A DNA stretch of 64,000 bases from an uncultured bacterium (GTDB taxonomy: Bacteria > Oederibacteriota > Oederibacteriia > Oederibacteriales > Oederibacteriaceae). Under the pieces are notes generated by a model. The model worked only from the letters and a program-made list of their open reading frames with translations. It searched no databases and had not been told where the DNA came from. The position numbers and the translations under genes were made by a program. This document shows positions 39,518-50,699 of the stretch, in pieces; position 1 is the first letter of the stretch, and the number at the start of each line of letters is the position of its first letter. Where the stretch lies: the NCBI GenBank assembly GCA_965112635.1, contig OZ218778.1, positions 2,812,007-2,876,006 on the forward strand. Direction: 5' to 3'.

Positions 39518-40480
39518 CTATTTCACCAAACTCGCACAATCGGGAGCGAAAAGCATGGTTCCCTTCTCGCCTGCGATCAGCACCTGGCCCTCGGTGGATA
39601 ACGCGACTCCTCCCAGCAAAAGAGAGACGGGACTTGGAACTTTTCCCCAGGTTTCTCCCTGGTCGCGGCTCAGGAGGATGTCTCCCGCCTCGCCAACCCC
39701 GAGCCCTGTTTTCCCGTCGCGGCTGAACCCTGCCCCGTAAAGGGAGTTATTCTCCGGGTTCTTGATCTTCTTCCAAGTCTGGCCGCCGTCTTTGGTCACC
39801 AGGATCAAACCTTCCGCCCCGAACGCCCATCCCTGGTCCTTATCTTTAAAGGTAAAGGCGAAGATGCTTTTCCCCGTATGGGTCTGCCGGTTGCTCCAGG
39901 TCACGCCGCCGTCGGTGGTGGTCAAAAACACCCCATCATCACCCGCGGCCCAGCCGTAAAGAGGGTCGATGAATTGGATGTCCCATAAAGGGGTCGTGAC
40001 GGTGCTGGGCTGGCTGACCCATTGACCGCCTCCGTCCGTGGTGGCCAGGACCAGGCCGTGTTGTCCAACCGCCCAGCCGAAATTCTCATCTAAAAAATAG
40101 GTGCAAAACAGGTTCTTTTTTATGCCGGTCTCCTGGGCTTTCCAAGTCTTTCCACCGTCCGAAGAATGCAGCAAAGTTCCCTGGGACCCGGCCACCCACC
40201 CCTGTTTTTCATCCACAAAACAAATGGAAAACAGATTAGCCTCGGTTCCGCTCTCCGCCCTGTTCCAGGAGCCCTGGCTCAGCTTGAAAATACCCCCTTT
40301 GCTTCCCACGGCAACGGCTTCAGGACTGCTCTTGTTTTGGCCCAGGAAGCACACCTGGTTCAGGTTCAGGGTGGTCGGCAAATACTGGGAGCTAAAAGGG
40401 TTCTGGCTGCTCAATAATGCGGTTGGAACTGGTAAAAAAATGGCTAAAAAAGCGATCAATAGGATCGGTTTGATCTTCAT
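39518..40480 (-). CDS. YCF48/BNR-repeat beta-propeller secreted protein
   Basis: Repeated S/TxDGGxTW Asp-boxes; signal peptide from ATG 40480. Confidence 0.85.
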   Translation of the reverse strand: MKIKPILLIAFLAIFLPVPTALLSSQNPFSSQYLPTTLNLNQVCFLGQNKSSPEAVAVGSKGGIFKLSQGSWNRAESGTEANLFSICFVDEKQGWVAGSQGTLLHSSDGGKTWKAQETGIKKNLFCTYFLDENFGWAVGQHGLVLATTDGGGQWVSQPSTVTTPLWDIQFIDPLYGWAAGDDGVFLTTTDGGVTWSNRQTHTGKSIFAFTFKDKDQGWAFGAEGLILVTKDGGQTWKKIKNPENNSLYGAGFSRDGKTGLGVGEAGDILLSRDQGETWGKVPSPVSLLLGGVALSTEGQVLIAGEKGTMLFAPDCASLVK

Positions 40481-40514
40481 CGTCACAGAGGCTTGGACAA
40501 ATTGGTCTGCAGGC

Positions 40515-41593
40515 TTACCACTTGGATTTCCAGGGCCCGTTATCCTCCTGGCCCTGCGTCTCTTGTTCCTTGGTACTGGGAACAGGAGGCGGGACCGGCG
40601 TGGGCTCCACGGTGGAACCAGTGCTCCCAAGATAAGGTACGAACGGGGTCGGTTTCAAAAGGATCTGGCTGATGGGTTGAGGGCTGGCCACGTTCTGGAA
40701 ACTGGCCGGCAGGAAGCCGTTGGCCAGGAAAGGAGGCGGAGCCAGGAGGGCCACCTGCGTTTCGTTGTCAGCAATGGGGTAGTAGACCACCCAGCCCAGC
40801 CCTTCTTTTTTCCGTCCATCGTAAATGCTCTGCTCGATCGAGACCGGTAAGGTCGTATCCCACCAGTTGTTCTTGGCCTCGATGGCGTGCAAGGAGCACA
40901 TGTTGCAGATATTGTATTCCTGATTGTCCTTAAAATTGTTGCCGGAAAATACTACGGTGTCAAAATCTTTCACGTAAACGCCGTAACGGTTCCTGGTGAT
41001 GAGATTGCCTTTGACCTCGCCTGACGAGGTCGAGAACCAAAACAGGATACCCGTGGAATTCTTGTCCAAAACGTTGTTCAGGATCATGGGGTTCGCGTCA
41101 TGCCCTATCTCGATCCCTCCCCCCCATAGATGTTGCAATGAGAGATCTCGGGCGAGCTTCCGTTGCAGATCACCTTGCCGTATAAAAGGTACGCGTAGCT
41201 CAGGATGCTCTGGTTGGGTGACGTAAAGAAAATGGAACCCCACTTGCGGTTCCCCGAGGCGGAGCTGAATGAAATGGGATTGTCGCTGGTCCCTTCGGCC
41301 TTCAGGGCGCCGTAAATCACGAGGTCCGTGCCGTTGGTCCCCACCATGGTCGTGTCATACCCCGTGCCGGGCATGAACCGGACATCGCATCCAGGCTCGA
41401 TGATCAGGGTGATGCCGCGCGGCACCGTCAGGGTCTGCTGCACCACGATGGGATTGTCTTCCGCACGCCAGACCGCATCCGTGGTGAGGGTGCCGCCGAC
41501 GACCGTCGGACCCACGGCATGCACAACGGGAAGCAAAAACAAAGTGAAAAAGAGAAAAGCGGAGAATATTTTAAGTCGACGCTGACAAACCAT
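40515..41593 (-). pseudogene. Secreted right-handed beta-helix protein split by a frameshift at a G7 run (41119-41125)
   Basis: ORF 41105..41593 (signal peptide, GITLIIEPG, LKAEGT..NPI.F) continues as GGGIEIGHDANP...NNWW in ORF 40515..41243 if the run were G8 or G5. Confidence 0.65.
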
Positions 41594-41816
41594 CCAGACA
41601 CCTTTGCTTAACTCAGGTTTTGACTGCTGTTTTACGGAACTACCAGCCTAAATCAACGAAATCTCTTTGGTGGAATTATAGCAAGCTATCTAAAAAGTGC
41701 AAAAAATTCTTTGTTTTTTCTTGACGGTTCCCCTGATGGACCGGCCCAACGACCGAACCGCCGCCGTTTTAGTTAGGATTAGACTTTCAAACCTTTCTTT
41801 GTTAAGATTTCTTCCC

Positions 41817-43292
41817 ATGCAATGGCTTCGCGGACACACCAAAACCATATTATGGATAGTGATCCTTGCGTTTCTGGTCACCGTCTTCCTCGTTTGGGGC
41901 ATGCAGAGGTCGGCCTTTCGGCAGCAGGACGAACGGACCTCCATCGCCGTGGTCAATGACGTAAGTATTTCAGTCAACGACTTTTATGAGCGCTGGAACA
42001 ATAAAGTCGCCGACCTGCGCATGGAACTAGGTTCTGCTTTCACGGAAGAAATGGCCGACAGTTTCAAATCCCGTGTCCTCAAATCCATGATTACCGACGA
42101 GATCCTTACCCAGGAGGCTAAAAAACAGGGAATTTTCGTAACCAGGGAAGAGATCAAAAACAGCATCATGGGTTCCTCCACTTTCAGGGACGAAAACGGC
42201 GGGTTCAACCAGGCCAGGTTCCAGCAGGCCCTCGAAGACCCTTCCGTGAACTGGCCGGCCATTGAGGCCAGCGAGGCGCACAGCCTTTTGCTGATGAAAC
42301 TCGCCAATTCCATCGGTGAAAGCGTGCGCATCACCGACGAGGAGGCCAAACAAAAATTCCTCCGCCTGCACCGTCAGGCCAAGCTGTTGCTGGCGGTTTT
42401 TGAGCCAAAAGCCTACGCCTCCAAAGTCAGGGTCTACGAACGGGAAATAGCGGAAGCCTACGCCAAGAACAGGTCAGACTATGAAAAGCCGGAATCGGTC
42501 AAGGTCAGCCATATCCTGGTGGAAGTGAAAGAAAACGCCACAACCGCCGAGGAAGCCAAGGCCAAGGACAAAATAGAGGGCCTTTTAAAGAAGATCAAAG
42601 CCGGGGCTAAATTCGCCGACCTGGCCAAAACAGAGTCCGACGACCCCGGTTCGGCCCAGCAGGGCGGTTCTTTGGGTGAGATCACCAGGGGGATGATGGT
42701 CCCGGAATTTGAAAAAGCCGCCTTTGCCCTGAAAAAAGGCGAACTGAGCCCCATCGTCAGAACAAAATTCGGATATCATATCATTCTATGCGAGGGACAC
42801 AAAGAAGCCCAAACCACTTCCCTGGCCAAGGTCAAAGACAAACTCAGGAACACCATCGTCGAGGCCAAAGCCATGGTCCTGGCAGGCCTCATGGCCGACT
42901 CATTCAGCAACGACTCCCCGCAGCCCAAGGACTGGGAGGCCCTGGCAAAAAAATACGGAGGCCGGGCCGTCAGGACAGGCTGGTGGAGAAAGGGCGACAC
43001 GCTACCCGATTTCGGCAAGGTCGACAACTTGGCGGGACGCGTTTTGAACCAGTTCAAAGATGAAAAAGGAAACCCGGTCTCCGAAGATAAAAGATTTTTC
43101 GTGGGGATCATCACCGACGAAAAAATGCCGGCTTTTGACGCTAAAGCTTATGACAAGGTAAGGGACGACGTATACGATCAGGCCCTGCGGGAGAAGCAGC
43201 AGCGTGTTTTTGATGCCTGGCAGGAAAACCTGGAGAACACCAGCAAGGTCGAGAACCATCTGAGCGACCTCCAGAAAAACCGCTCCCTCTAG
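41817..43292 (+). CDS. PpiD/SurA-type parvulin peptidyl-prolyl isomerase
   Basis: N-terminal anchor, SurA-N domain, SHILV...FADLAK.ES.DPGS...GGSLG...MVPEFE...GYHII. Start moved to ATG 41817. Confidence 0.88.
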   Translation: MQWLRGHTKTILWIVILAFLVTVFLVWGMQRSAFRQQDERTSIAVVNDVSISVNDFYERWNNKVADLRMELGSAFTEEMADSFKSRVLKSMITDEILTQEAKKQGIFVTREEIKNSIMGSSTFRDENGGFNQARFQQALEDPSVNWPAIEASEAHSLLLMKLANSIGESVRITDEEAKQKFLRLHRQAKLLLAVFEPKAYASKVRVYEREIAEAYAKNRSDYEKPESVKVSHILVEVKENATTAEEAKAKDKIEGLLKKIKAGAKFADLAKTESDDPGSAQQGGSLGEITRGMMVPEFEKAAFALKKGELSPIVRTKFGYHIILCEGHKEAQTTSLAKVKDKLRNTIVEAKAMVLAGLMADSFSNDSPQPKDWEALAKKYGGRAVRTGWWRKGDTLPDFGKVDNLAGRVLNQFKDEKGNPVSEDKRFFVGIITDEKMPAFDAKAYDKVRDDVYDQALREKQQRVFDAWQENLENTSKVENHLSDLQKNRSL

Positions 43293-43370
43293 ACGTAACC
43301 CTTTTTAAATACCCGGACGGCCCCGCTTATTACTACTGCCAGAATACCCTGCCGTTTGCGGCGGGGATGT

Positions 43371-43637
43371 TTATTTTCTGAAGAACAAAAACCCCAAAGC
43401 GATACCCAAAAAGCTGAAAAGGTTCAGCTTGATGCCCACGTTGAAACTGAAATTGAACACCCTGAGGTCTATGGGTGAAGGACCCCAGGCAATATGGTAA
43501 CCCTTGACAAAAATGTCATGCAAGGTGCCCTCGGTCACCAGCACCCCCAGAAGTTCGCCTAACAGACTGCCCAAAAGAACGCACAATAGCAGGAAACCCA
43601 GAAACCCGAAAAATCCCCTTCCGCCTTCGCTAGCCAA
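43371..43637 (-). CDS. DUF4321 family small membrane protein
   Basis: GSLLGELL...IDLRVFNFSF...KLNLFSFLG. Confidence 0.7.
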   Translation of the reverse strand: MASEGGRGFFGFLGFLLLCVLLGSLLGELLGVLVTEGTLHDIFVKGYHIAWGPSPIDLRVFNFSFNVGIKLNLFSFLGIALGFLFFRK

Positions 43638-43664
43638 ATGAACTCCCCCTTTCGATGCGATTTT

Positions 43665-44546
43665 CTAGAACCCTGTCGTCAATCTTCTGACCGTGACTTC
43701 GGCGGACACGGTGATGTCCACATCCTGCCGCTTCACATTTAAAATAGCATAATACAGGCCTTCTGGCACGTCCCTTCCCAAATTGTCTTTCCCGTCCCAA
43801 TAGATTTCATGCTCACCCGCTCCGGCAGGCACCGCACCCAGGTCCTGGACCAAATGACGGTCCTGGTCGTAAATCGTTATCGCGGCCTGTTCCGCGTAGG
43901 AGGTCAAAGCATAGCCGAGAGTTAGGCCCTTTTCCGAAACAAAAGACGTGTCAGCCTCGAACCACTCCACCTCCACAATGCGAGGGGTGGAAGTGACCGT
44001 GGGCGTGGAAGTGATGGACGGGGTTTCCGTGGCGGTCGGGCTGGAGGTAATTGTGTTTGTGGCTGTAGAGACCGCGGTAAAGGTCACTACGACAATGACT
44101 GTGGGGGTCGCTGAAAAAACCGGCAAAGCGGTGAAAACCGGAACAGCGGTCGGGACTAAAGTTGGCGCGGCCGTTACATTCACTGCCGCTAGCGTGGGTT
44201 TTGCCGTCGGAACCATAGTAGTTTCGGATAGCGGAGGGCTCACCAGGGGAGCGGATACCGTCAAACTGGGTCCCGCGTTGGCGCTGTGGGTCAGGGGAGT
44301 CTGGCCCAGCAGAGGTCCCGCCCCAAGGAAGCTCAAAACCCCCAGCATCAGGGCCGCTTGTTGGATTCTAAAACCGTTATTACTACTGGCAGAAAACCAC
44401 GGACGAAGTCCGTGGATGAATGCCAGCCCGAGCGTCGCCAAAAGGCGCGCAGGGCGAGCGAGGAGTAACAAACATAATGAATCCTCCTCTTTAAAACTGC
44501 GCACTTTAGTGCGCAGATGTTTATTTCCCGAACAGGATGTCTTCAA
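43665..44546 (-). CDS. Thr-rich exported protein with C-terminal FlgD-like Ig domain (start uncertain)
   Basis: TPT stalk; ITIYD...IYWDGKDNLGRDVPEGLYY. Confidence 0.65.
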   Translation of the reverse strand: MKTSCSGNKHLRTKVRSFKEEDSLCLLLLARPARLLATLGLAFIHGLRPWFSASSNNGFRIQQAALMLGVLSFLGAGPLLGQTPLTHSANAGPSLTVSAPLVSPPLSETTMVPTAKPTLAAVNVTAAPTLVPTAVPVFTALPVFSATPTVIVVVTFTAVSTATNTITSSPTATETPSITSTPTVTSTPRIVEVEWFEADTSFVSEKGLTLGYALTSYAEQAAITIYDQDRHLVQDLGAVPAGAGEHEIYWDGKDNLGRDVPEGLYYAILNVKRQDVDITVSAEVTVRRLTTGF

Positions 44547-46212
44547 TAGTGCCCCCCGCCGGGATCATGGGCATGACGTTTTCCAGCTTAGGGATTCTCA
44601 CTTCCAGGACAAAGGGTTTATCGTCCTTAAGCATCTCGTGGATGGCGTCATCGACCTCTTCGGGTTTGGTGACAGAGCGCGTGGAGATCCCATAGAGGGC
44701 CTTGATGCCGTTGGTGAAATCGGGATAGTCCCCGAACTCCGTGGAAGAATAGTTGCCGTTATAGAGGATCCTCTGCCATTGGTGGGGCATGCCCAGGGTC
44801 TTATTATTCAGGAGGCACACCTTGACCCCCAGGTTGTGGTCGCTCAGGACCCGCAGCTCATTGAGGTTCATCTCCAGGCTGCCGTCCCCGTCGATGTCGA
44901 TGACCAGGTCTTTGGGCCGGCCGAACTTGGCGCCCACGGCCGAAGGCAGCCCGAAACCCATGGTCCCGGCCCCGCCGGAAGTGATGAAAGAACGCGGCTT
45001 CTCGAACTGGTAGAACTGGGCCGCCCACATCTGGTGCTGGCCCACTCCGGTCGTCACCACGGCCTTGCCCTTGGTGATCTCGCTGAGGCGTTCGATGAAA
45101 TACTGGGGTTTGATCTCTTCCCCGCTCTTCTTGTACCCGAAGTCGTATTTCTTCTTCAGGCCCTCCACATGGGCGATCCATTCGGGCCGGTGGCATTTCT
45201 TGATCGTGTGGGTCAGGGCAATCAGGGCTTCTTTGACGTCGCCGGTGATGGGAATATCCGCCGTCTTCACTTTGTTGATCTCCGCCGGGTCGATGTCCAC
45301 GTGGATGATCTTGGCGTTCTTGATGAACTCTTTCGGATTGCCGGTCACCCGGTCGTCAAAGCGGGCGCCCAGCACGATCACCAGGTCCGCCTCATGGATG
45401 GCAAAGTTGGCGTAACCGGTCCCGTGCATCCCCAGCATCCCCATATAAAGCGGATGGGACGAGGGAACGCACCCTAAGGCCAGCAAGGTCAACCCTATCG
45501 GCAGCTGGGCTTTGTCCATGAATTTAAGAAGTTCTTCCGTGGCATTGGACTGGATAAGGCCCTGCCCGCCGTAAAGGAACGGTTTCTTGGCCTTTTCAAG
45601 GGCCTGGCAGGCGATCTCGATCTGCTTGAGATTGAGTTTGCGCACGGGATTGTAGCCCCGCAGCTGAAAGGTCTTGTCGTACTGCTCGATGTGCTTTTGC
45701 TGGGCGTCCTTGGTCAGGTCCACAAGGACCGGCCCGGGCCGGCCTGTGGAAGCGATGTAAAAGGCCTCGTGCAAGACCCTGGCGATGTCCGCGGTATCGG
45801 TCACCAGGTAGTTATGCTTGGTGATCTGCATGGTCACGTTCTGGATGGGGCATTCCTGGAAGGCGTCCAGGCCTATGAGGGGCGAGGAAACCTGCCCCGT
45901 GATGCCCACAATGCCTACGGAATCCATCTTGGCGTCAGCCAACGGCGTTACCAGGTTGGTCGAGCCCGGACCGGAAGTGGCCAGGCAAACCCCGACCTTT
46001 CCGGTGGCGCGGGCATATCCCTCGGCCTCGTGTCCGGCGCAGCGCTCGTCGCCGCTCAGGATAACCTTGAACTTGGTCTTGTTGAGGATGTCAAAAAGAG
46101 GGAGAACCGCCCCGCCCGGGTAACCGAAAATGTATTCGACGCCCAGTTCTTCCAGGGTATCCACAAAGATCTGCACTCCTGATCTGGGTGCCTTTAAATG
46201 GACGACGCTCAT
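44521..46212 (-). CDS. ilvB: Acetolactate synthase large subunit
   Basis: FGYPGGAVL, TSGPG.TN, GRPGPV, GMHG, GVGQHQMW, DGDGS. Confidence 0.95.
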   Translation of the reverse strand: MSVVHLKAPRSGVQIFVDTLEELGVEYIFGYPGGAVLPLFDILNKTKFKVILSGDERCAGHEAEGYARATGKVGVCLATSGPGSTNLVTPLADAKMDSVGIVGITGQVSSPLIGLDAFQECPIQNVTMQITKHNYLVTDTADIARVLHEAFYIASTGRPGPVLVDLTKDAQQKHIEQYDKTFQLRGYNPVRKLNLKQIEIACQALEKAKKPFLYGGQGLIQSNATEELLKFMDKAQLPIGLTLLALGCVPSSHPLYMGMLGMHGTGYANFAIHEADLVIVLGARFDDRVTGNPKEFIKNAKIIHVDIDPAEINKVKTADIPITGDVKEALIALTHTIKKCHRPEWIAHVEGLKKKYDFGYKKSGEEIKPQYFIERLSEITKGKAVVTTGVGQHQMWAAQFYQFEKPRSFITSGGAGTMGFGLPSAVGAKFGRPKDLVIDIDGDGSLEMNLNELRVLSDHNLGVKVCLLNNKTLGMPHQWQRILYNGNYSSTEFGDYPDFTNGIKALYGISTRSVTKPEEVDDAIHEMLKDDKPFVLEVRIPKLENVMPMIPAGGTIEDILFGK

Positions 46213-46228
46213 AAATCTCCTTGTAATT

Positions 46229-46258
46229 AAAAAAACACCCGCTAAGAACCGCGGGTTT
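46229..46258 (-). terminator. Terminator-like hairpin immediately upstream of the ilvB RBS (possible attenuator)
   Basis: Minus strand AAACCCGC-GGTTCTTA-GCGGGTGTTTTTTT. Confidence 0.5.
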
Positions 46259-46428
46259 GAGGACGCTTCAGAGAACTTGGAACCACTTCTTTCGATAAAT
46301 ATAACATAAAAAGAATTAACTCCAAAGCGTTTCTTTCCCGGGCTCGGCTCAAGAGGCCGTCAATAAAAAGGTATTTTTTTCTTTTACAAACAGCGGTTTA
46401 CCACTTAAGATATTAGCGGAGGTTTTAA

Positions 46429-47835
46429 ATGGCTAAAAACACGCTTTACAACAAAGTCTGGGACGCCCATGTCGTCGACAAGCTCCGGACCGGACAATAC
46501 CAGCTTTTGATCGGGCTCCACCTCATCCACGAGGTGACCAGCCCCCAGGCTTTTGACATGCTCAGGGAAAAAGGTTTAAAAGTGGCCTTTCCCCAAAGGA
46601 CTTTCGCGACCGCGGACCATATCATCCCGACCCATAACCAGACCAGGCCCTTCCAGGATGCCCAGGCCGAACAGATGATGTGCGCCATCGAGAAAAATAC
46701 CAAGGAATTTGGCGTCAATTTCTTCGGGTTTGACTCCAACCGCCAGGGCATTGTCCATATCATCGGCCCTGAGCTGGGTTTGACCCAGCCGGGCATGACC
46801 ATAGCCTGCGGCGACAGCCACACCAGCACGCACGGCGCTTTCGGGACCCTCGCTTTTGGCATCGGGACCACGCAGGTCAGGGATGTCCTGGCCACGCAAT
46901 GCCTGACCATGGACCCCCTCAAGGTCTGCCGCATCAATGTGCACGGCGCCCTGAGGCCCGGGGTCTATCCCAAGGACGTCATCCTTTATATCATCCAGAA
47001 GCTCGGCGTTTCCGGGGGTATCGGCCATGCCTACGAATACGGCGGCAAGGTGTTCGACAACATGACCATGGAAGGCCGGCTGACCGTCTGCAACATGAGC
47101 ATCGAGGGCGGCGCCAGGATCGGCTACGTCAACCCCGACCAGACGACTTTTGAATACCTCAAGGGCAAGGAGTTCGCGCCCAAGGCAGAGGCCTATACGC
47201 GGGCCCTGTCCTACTGGAAATCCGTTGCCTCGGACAAGGACGCCCAGTACGACCACCAGGTGGATTTTCACGGCGACGAGATCGAGCCCATGGTGACCTG
47301 GGGCATCAACCCCGGCCAGGCCGTGGGCGTGTCGGAAAAACTCCCGCACCTGGACCATATGCCTTCGGACCAAAAAAAATCCTCGGAGCTGGCCTACAAT
47401 CACATGCGGTTCAAGGCCGGCCAGCCGGTCAAGGATATCAAGATCGACGTGGCCTTTGTCGGCTCCTGCACCAACGGACGCATCTCGGACCTGCGGGAAG
47501 CGGCCCGGGTGGCCAAGGACCGCAAGGTGAAAACCGGGGTCAAGGCGTTCGTGGTGCCGGGCTCCCAGCAGGTCAAAAAACAGGCCGAGGCCGAAGGCCT
47601 GCACGAGATCTTCAAAAAGGCCGGTTTTGAGTGGCGCGAGGCCGGCTGTTCCATGTGCCTCGCCATGAACCCGGACAAACTGCACGGCGACCAGATCTCC
47701 GCCTCGTCCTCCAACCGGAACTTCATCGGACGGCAGGGCAGCGAAAAAGGCCGCACCCTTTTGATGAGCTCCGCCATGGTCGCGGCCGCGGCCATCGAGG
47801 GCCGGGTGACCGACGTGCGGGAACTTTTGAAATAG
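46429..47835 (+). CDS. leuC: 3-isopropylmalate dehydratase large subunit
   Basis: [39 protein letters not shown]. Confidence 0.97.
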   Translation: MAKNTLYNKVWDAHVVDKLRTGQYQLLIGLHLIHEVTSPQAFDMLREKGLKVAFPQRTFATADHIIPTHNQTRPFQDAQAEQMMCAIEKNTKEFGVNFFGFDSNRQGIVHIIGPELGLTQPGMTIACGDSHTSTHGAFGTLAFGIGTTQVRDVLATQCLTMDPLKVCRINVHGALRPGVYPKDVILYIIQKLGVSGGIGHAYEYGGKVFDNMTMEGRLTVCNMSIEGGARIGYVNPDQTTFEYLKGKEFAPKAEAYTRALSYWKSVASDKDAQYDHQVDFHGDEIEPMVTWGINPGQAVGVSEKLPHLDHMPSDQKKSSELAYNHMRFKAGQPVKDIKIDVAFVGSCTNGRISDLREAARVAKDRKVKTGVKAFVVPGSQQVKKQAEAEGLHEIFKKAGFEWREAGCSMCLAMNPDKLHGDQISASSSNRNFIGRQGSEKGRTLLMSSAMVAAAAIEGRVTDVRELLK

Positions 47836-47845
47836 GAAGGAAAAC

Positions 47846-48457
47846 ATGTCAGACGCCAAGATCGTGAAAGTACTGGGCAGGGCCGTCTCCGTGGAGGGCA
47901 ACGACATCGACACGGACAGGATCATTCCCGCCCGTTACCTCAAGGAGATCACTTTTACCAATATGGGCAGCTATCCCTTCTACGACGAGAGGTTCGAGTC
48001 CAACGGCAAGCTCAAGCCGCATCCTTTTAACGAGCCCCAGTTCGCCGGCTCCAGCATCCTTTTCGTCAACAAGAACTTCGGGTGCGGCTCCTCCCGGGAG
48101 CACGCCCCCCAGTCCCTGATGCGCTGGGGCATCAAAGCCGTCGTGGGAGAGTCTTTCGCGGAGATCTTCGCGGGCAATTGCGCCATGCTGGGCATCCCGA
48201 CCGTCACGGCGCCGGCTTCTGACCTCCACACCCTCATCCAGGCGGCCAAAAACCAGCCCAAGACCGCCTTTACCCTGGACCTCGAGGCCCTGGCCATCAG
48301 CGCCCCGTCGTTCCCGGCGGTCAAGGTAAGCATGCCGGAGACCATGCGCCAGTCGTTCCTCCACGGCACCTGGGACACCACTTCCCTGCTCCTGGACAAC
48401 ATGCCCAAGACCAAGCAGACCATGGCGCGCCTGCCCTACCTCAACGATTTCAAGTAG
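47846..48457 (+). CDS. leuD: 3-isopropylmalate dehydratase small subunit
   Basis: DIDTDRIIP, NFGCGSSREHA. Confidence 0.97.
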   Translation: MSDAKIVKVLGRAVSVEGNDIDTDRIIPARYLKEITFTNMGSYPFYDERFESNGKLKPHPFNEPQFAGSSILFVNKNFGCGSSREHAPQSLMRWGIKAVVGESFAEIFAGNCAMLGIPTVTAPASDLHTLIQAAKNQPKTAFTLDLEALAISAPSFPAVKVSMPETMRQSFLHGTWDTTSLLLDNMPKTKQTMARLPYLNDFK

Positions 48458-48461
48458 GGTT

Positions 48462-50523
48462 TCAGGTCAGGGGAAACCCCGGTTCGGCCCACCTTCCGTG
48501 TTCTTTGATCAAGGCGATTAGCTGCGCTTCTATCCCCTTCTCATCCAGGCCCTGGGCCACGCACTTTTGGCCCGCGTAGAGGTTGAGCTTGCCCGGCCCT
48601 GCCCCGACCACGCCAAAATCAGCGTCCGCCATTTCGCCCGGCCCGTTGACCACGCATCCCATCACGGCGATCTTGAGCCCGGCCAAATGGCTGACGCTTT
48701 TCCTGACGCGTTCCGCGGTGCCGATGATGTCATAGAGGGTCCTGCCGCAGGACGGGCAGGAGATGATCTCCACCCTGGAAGAACGCGCCCCTGAGCCTTG
48801 CAGGATGCTGTAGGTCATCGAGGCCCGGCAGGGCTCCTGGCCGTCAGCACTGGCCTCCACGCTGTCGCCTATCCCGTCGCATAACGGCGAACCCAGCGAA
48901 ATAGAGAGGCTGGTCAACAAATCGTGGCCGTCCATAGACTGGCCGGGACCATGCAGGTGGATCGCGGGGAATAAGTTCCGGTTGGCCATTTCTTTGTTCA
49001 GCCACCTGAGGCCGTGGATCAGGGAGGACCTGTCCGGCATCCTCAGGCTGACCCAGTAATTCCTGAATTCCATATCCTCGCAGATCCTGGCCTTGGCGAT
49101 GAGCTCGCCGGTGAATATCCTGTAGTCGTCGCTCTTACCGTCCCCGGCCTCGATCATGAGAAAAGAGTTCTTTTCTTTGGCGCTCGCGGCCAGCGCTTTC
49201 CATTCATTCAGGTTTCTCGGGTTAAAATTGATGAAAGAAACATGGCGCATGGCTTCCTCGGCCAGTCCCAGGTCGTTCCATATCCTGGCGCCCAAAACCG
49301 GCATTCCCTTTTTACCCTTCCTTCCCTGGATAAAAAGTTTTATGTTCTCCAGGTCTTGCTTGTCCAAGACCGGCACGCAAACGAGCTCCGCCAGTTGTTT
49401 GGCCGCGGCCCTGCCGGTATAGGTTTCGTCGACCAGCCTGAGCTCCTCGCTGGCCCTCAGGGAGCTGAAGACCCGGACTGTCTGGCTGCCGCCCAGCACG
49501 GTCTCCCCGATCTGGACCTCCGCGGACTTCCTCTTTTCATAGCCGAAGGGGTTCCGGGGTTCCCGTTCTCCGCTGAAATAGAAGGGGCCTTTGGTCCTGA
49601 ACTTCACCTGGTAGGGCCTGGCCAGGCTGAAAGCGACCGGGACCTCCTCCACAGGGTCTTCGGTCAGGGATACCCGGATGGTGTCGCCGATGCCGTCCTC
49701 CAGTAGAGTGCCGATGCCGATATAGGATTTGATGCGGCCGTCCTCCCCGTATCCGGCCTCGGTCACGCCCAGATGAAAAGGATAGTTCATGTTGAGTTCG
49801 GCCATCCTCGCCGCCAGCAGGCGGTAACTCTCTATCATGATCCTGGGCCTGGAAGATTTCATGGAAAGCACGATGTCATAAAACCCGTTCTTCTCGCATA
49901 TCCTGACGAACTCCAGGGCTGATTCCACCATGCCCTCCGGCGTGTCGCCGAAGCGGTTCATGATCCTGTCGGAAAGCGAACCGTGGTTGGTCCCGATCCT
50001 CAGGCTTACCCCGTTCTCTTTGGCCTTAAGGACCAGCGGGGTAAAAACCTCCTCGATGCGGGCAAGCTCGGCATCGTATTCGGCGTCCGTGTAATCGCGC
50101 CTGGAAAAACGCTTGCTGTCCGAAAAATTGCCCGGGTTGATCCTGACCTTTTCGACGTGGTTGACCGCTTCCTGGGCTATCTCGGGGTTAAAATGGATAT
50201 CCGCGACCAGAGGCACCTTGATGCCCCTTTGCCTGAGGATCTCCTTGATATTCTTGAGGTTCTTGGCGTCCTGGAGGCGCGGCACGGTAAGCCGGACGAT
50301 CTCACAGCCGGCCATGACCAGCCGTTCTATTTGGACCACGGTCGATTCTGTGTCCGTGGTAGCGGTGGTGGTCATGGACTGGACGCGGATGGGATTGGCC
50401 CCGCCTATACCCACGCTTCCCCGCTTTGACTTCGCGCGTCCTCCGGCGTTTATACACAAAAGGATTGGCGCAATAGAACATATGGGGGTCTAGTTTGTTC
50501 GGGACTGTCGTTTCGGTGACCAT
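48462..50523 (-). CDS. ispG: HMBPP synthase IspG, long form with internal insert; apparent frameshift near the 5' end (50419-50422)
   Basis: IRVQSMT, PLVADIHF, RINPGN, HLGVTEAG, CPSCGR, MGCVVNGPGE. The typical N-terminus YC...YKRRRTREVK lies in a different frame (ORF 50302..50730). Confidence 0.9.
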
Positions 50524-50699
50524 ACAGCAATTGTAACCTGAAAAGCGGGGTTTGAAACCACGGTTTTCAAAAACACAGGCCGCGCCCGTCAATTTCCCGG
50601 TATTTTTAAAGAGTAAAAAATACTCTTCCTTTCTCCATTTTTTAGATATATCATCACATTTTAAGTTAGGCCTACAATATCCCTGAGGAGTTTGGGACA

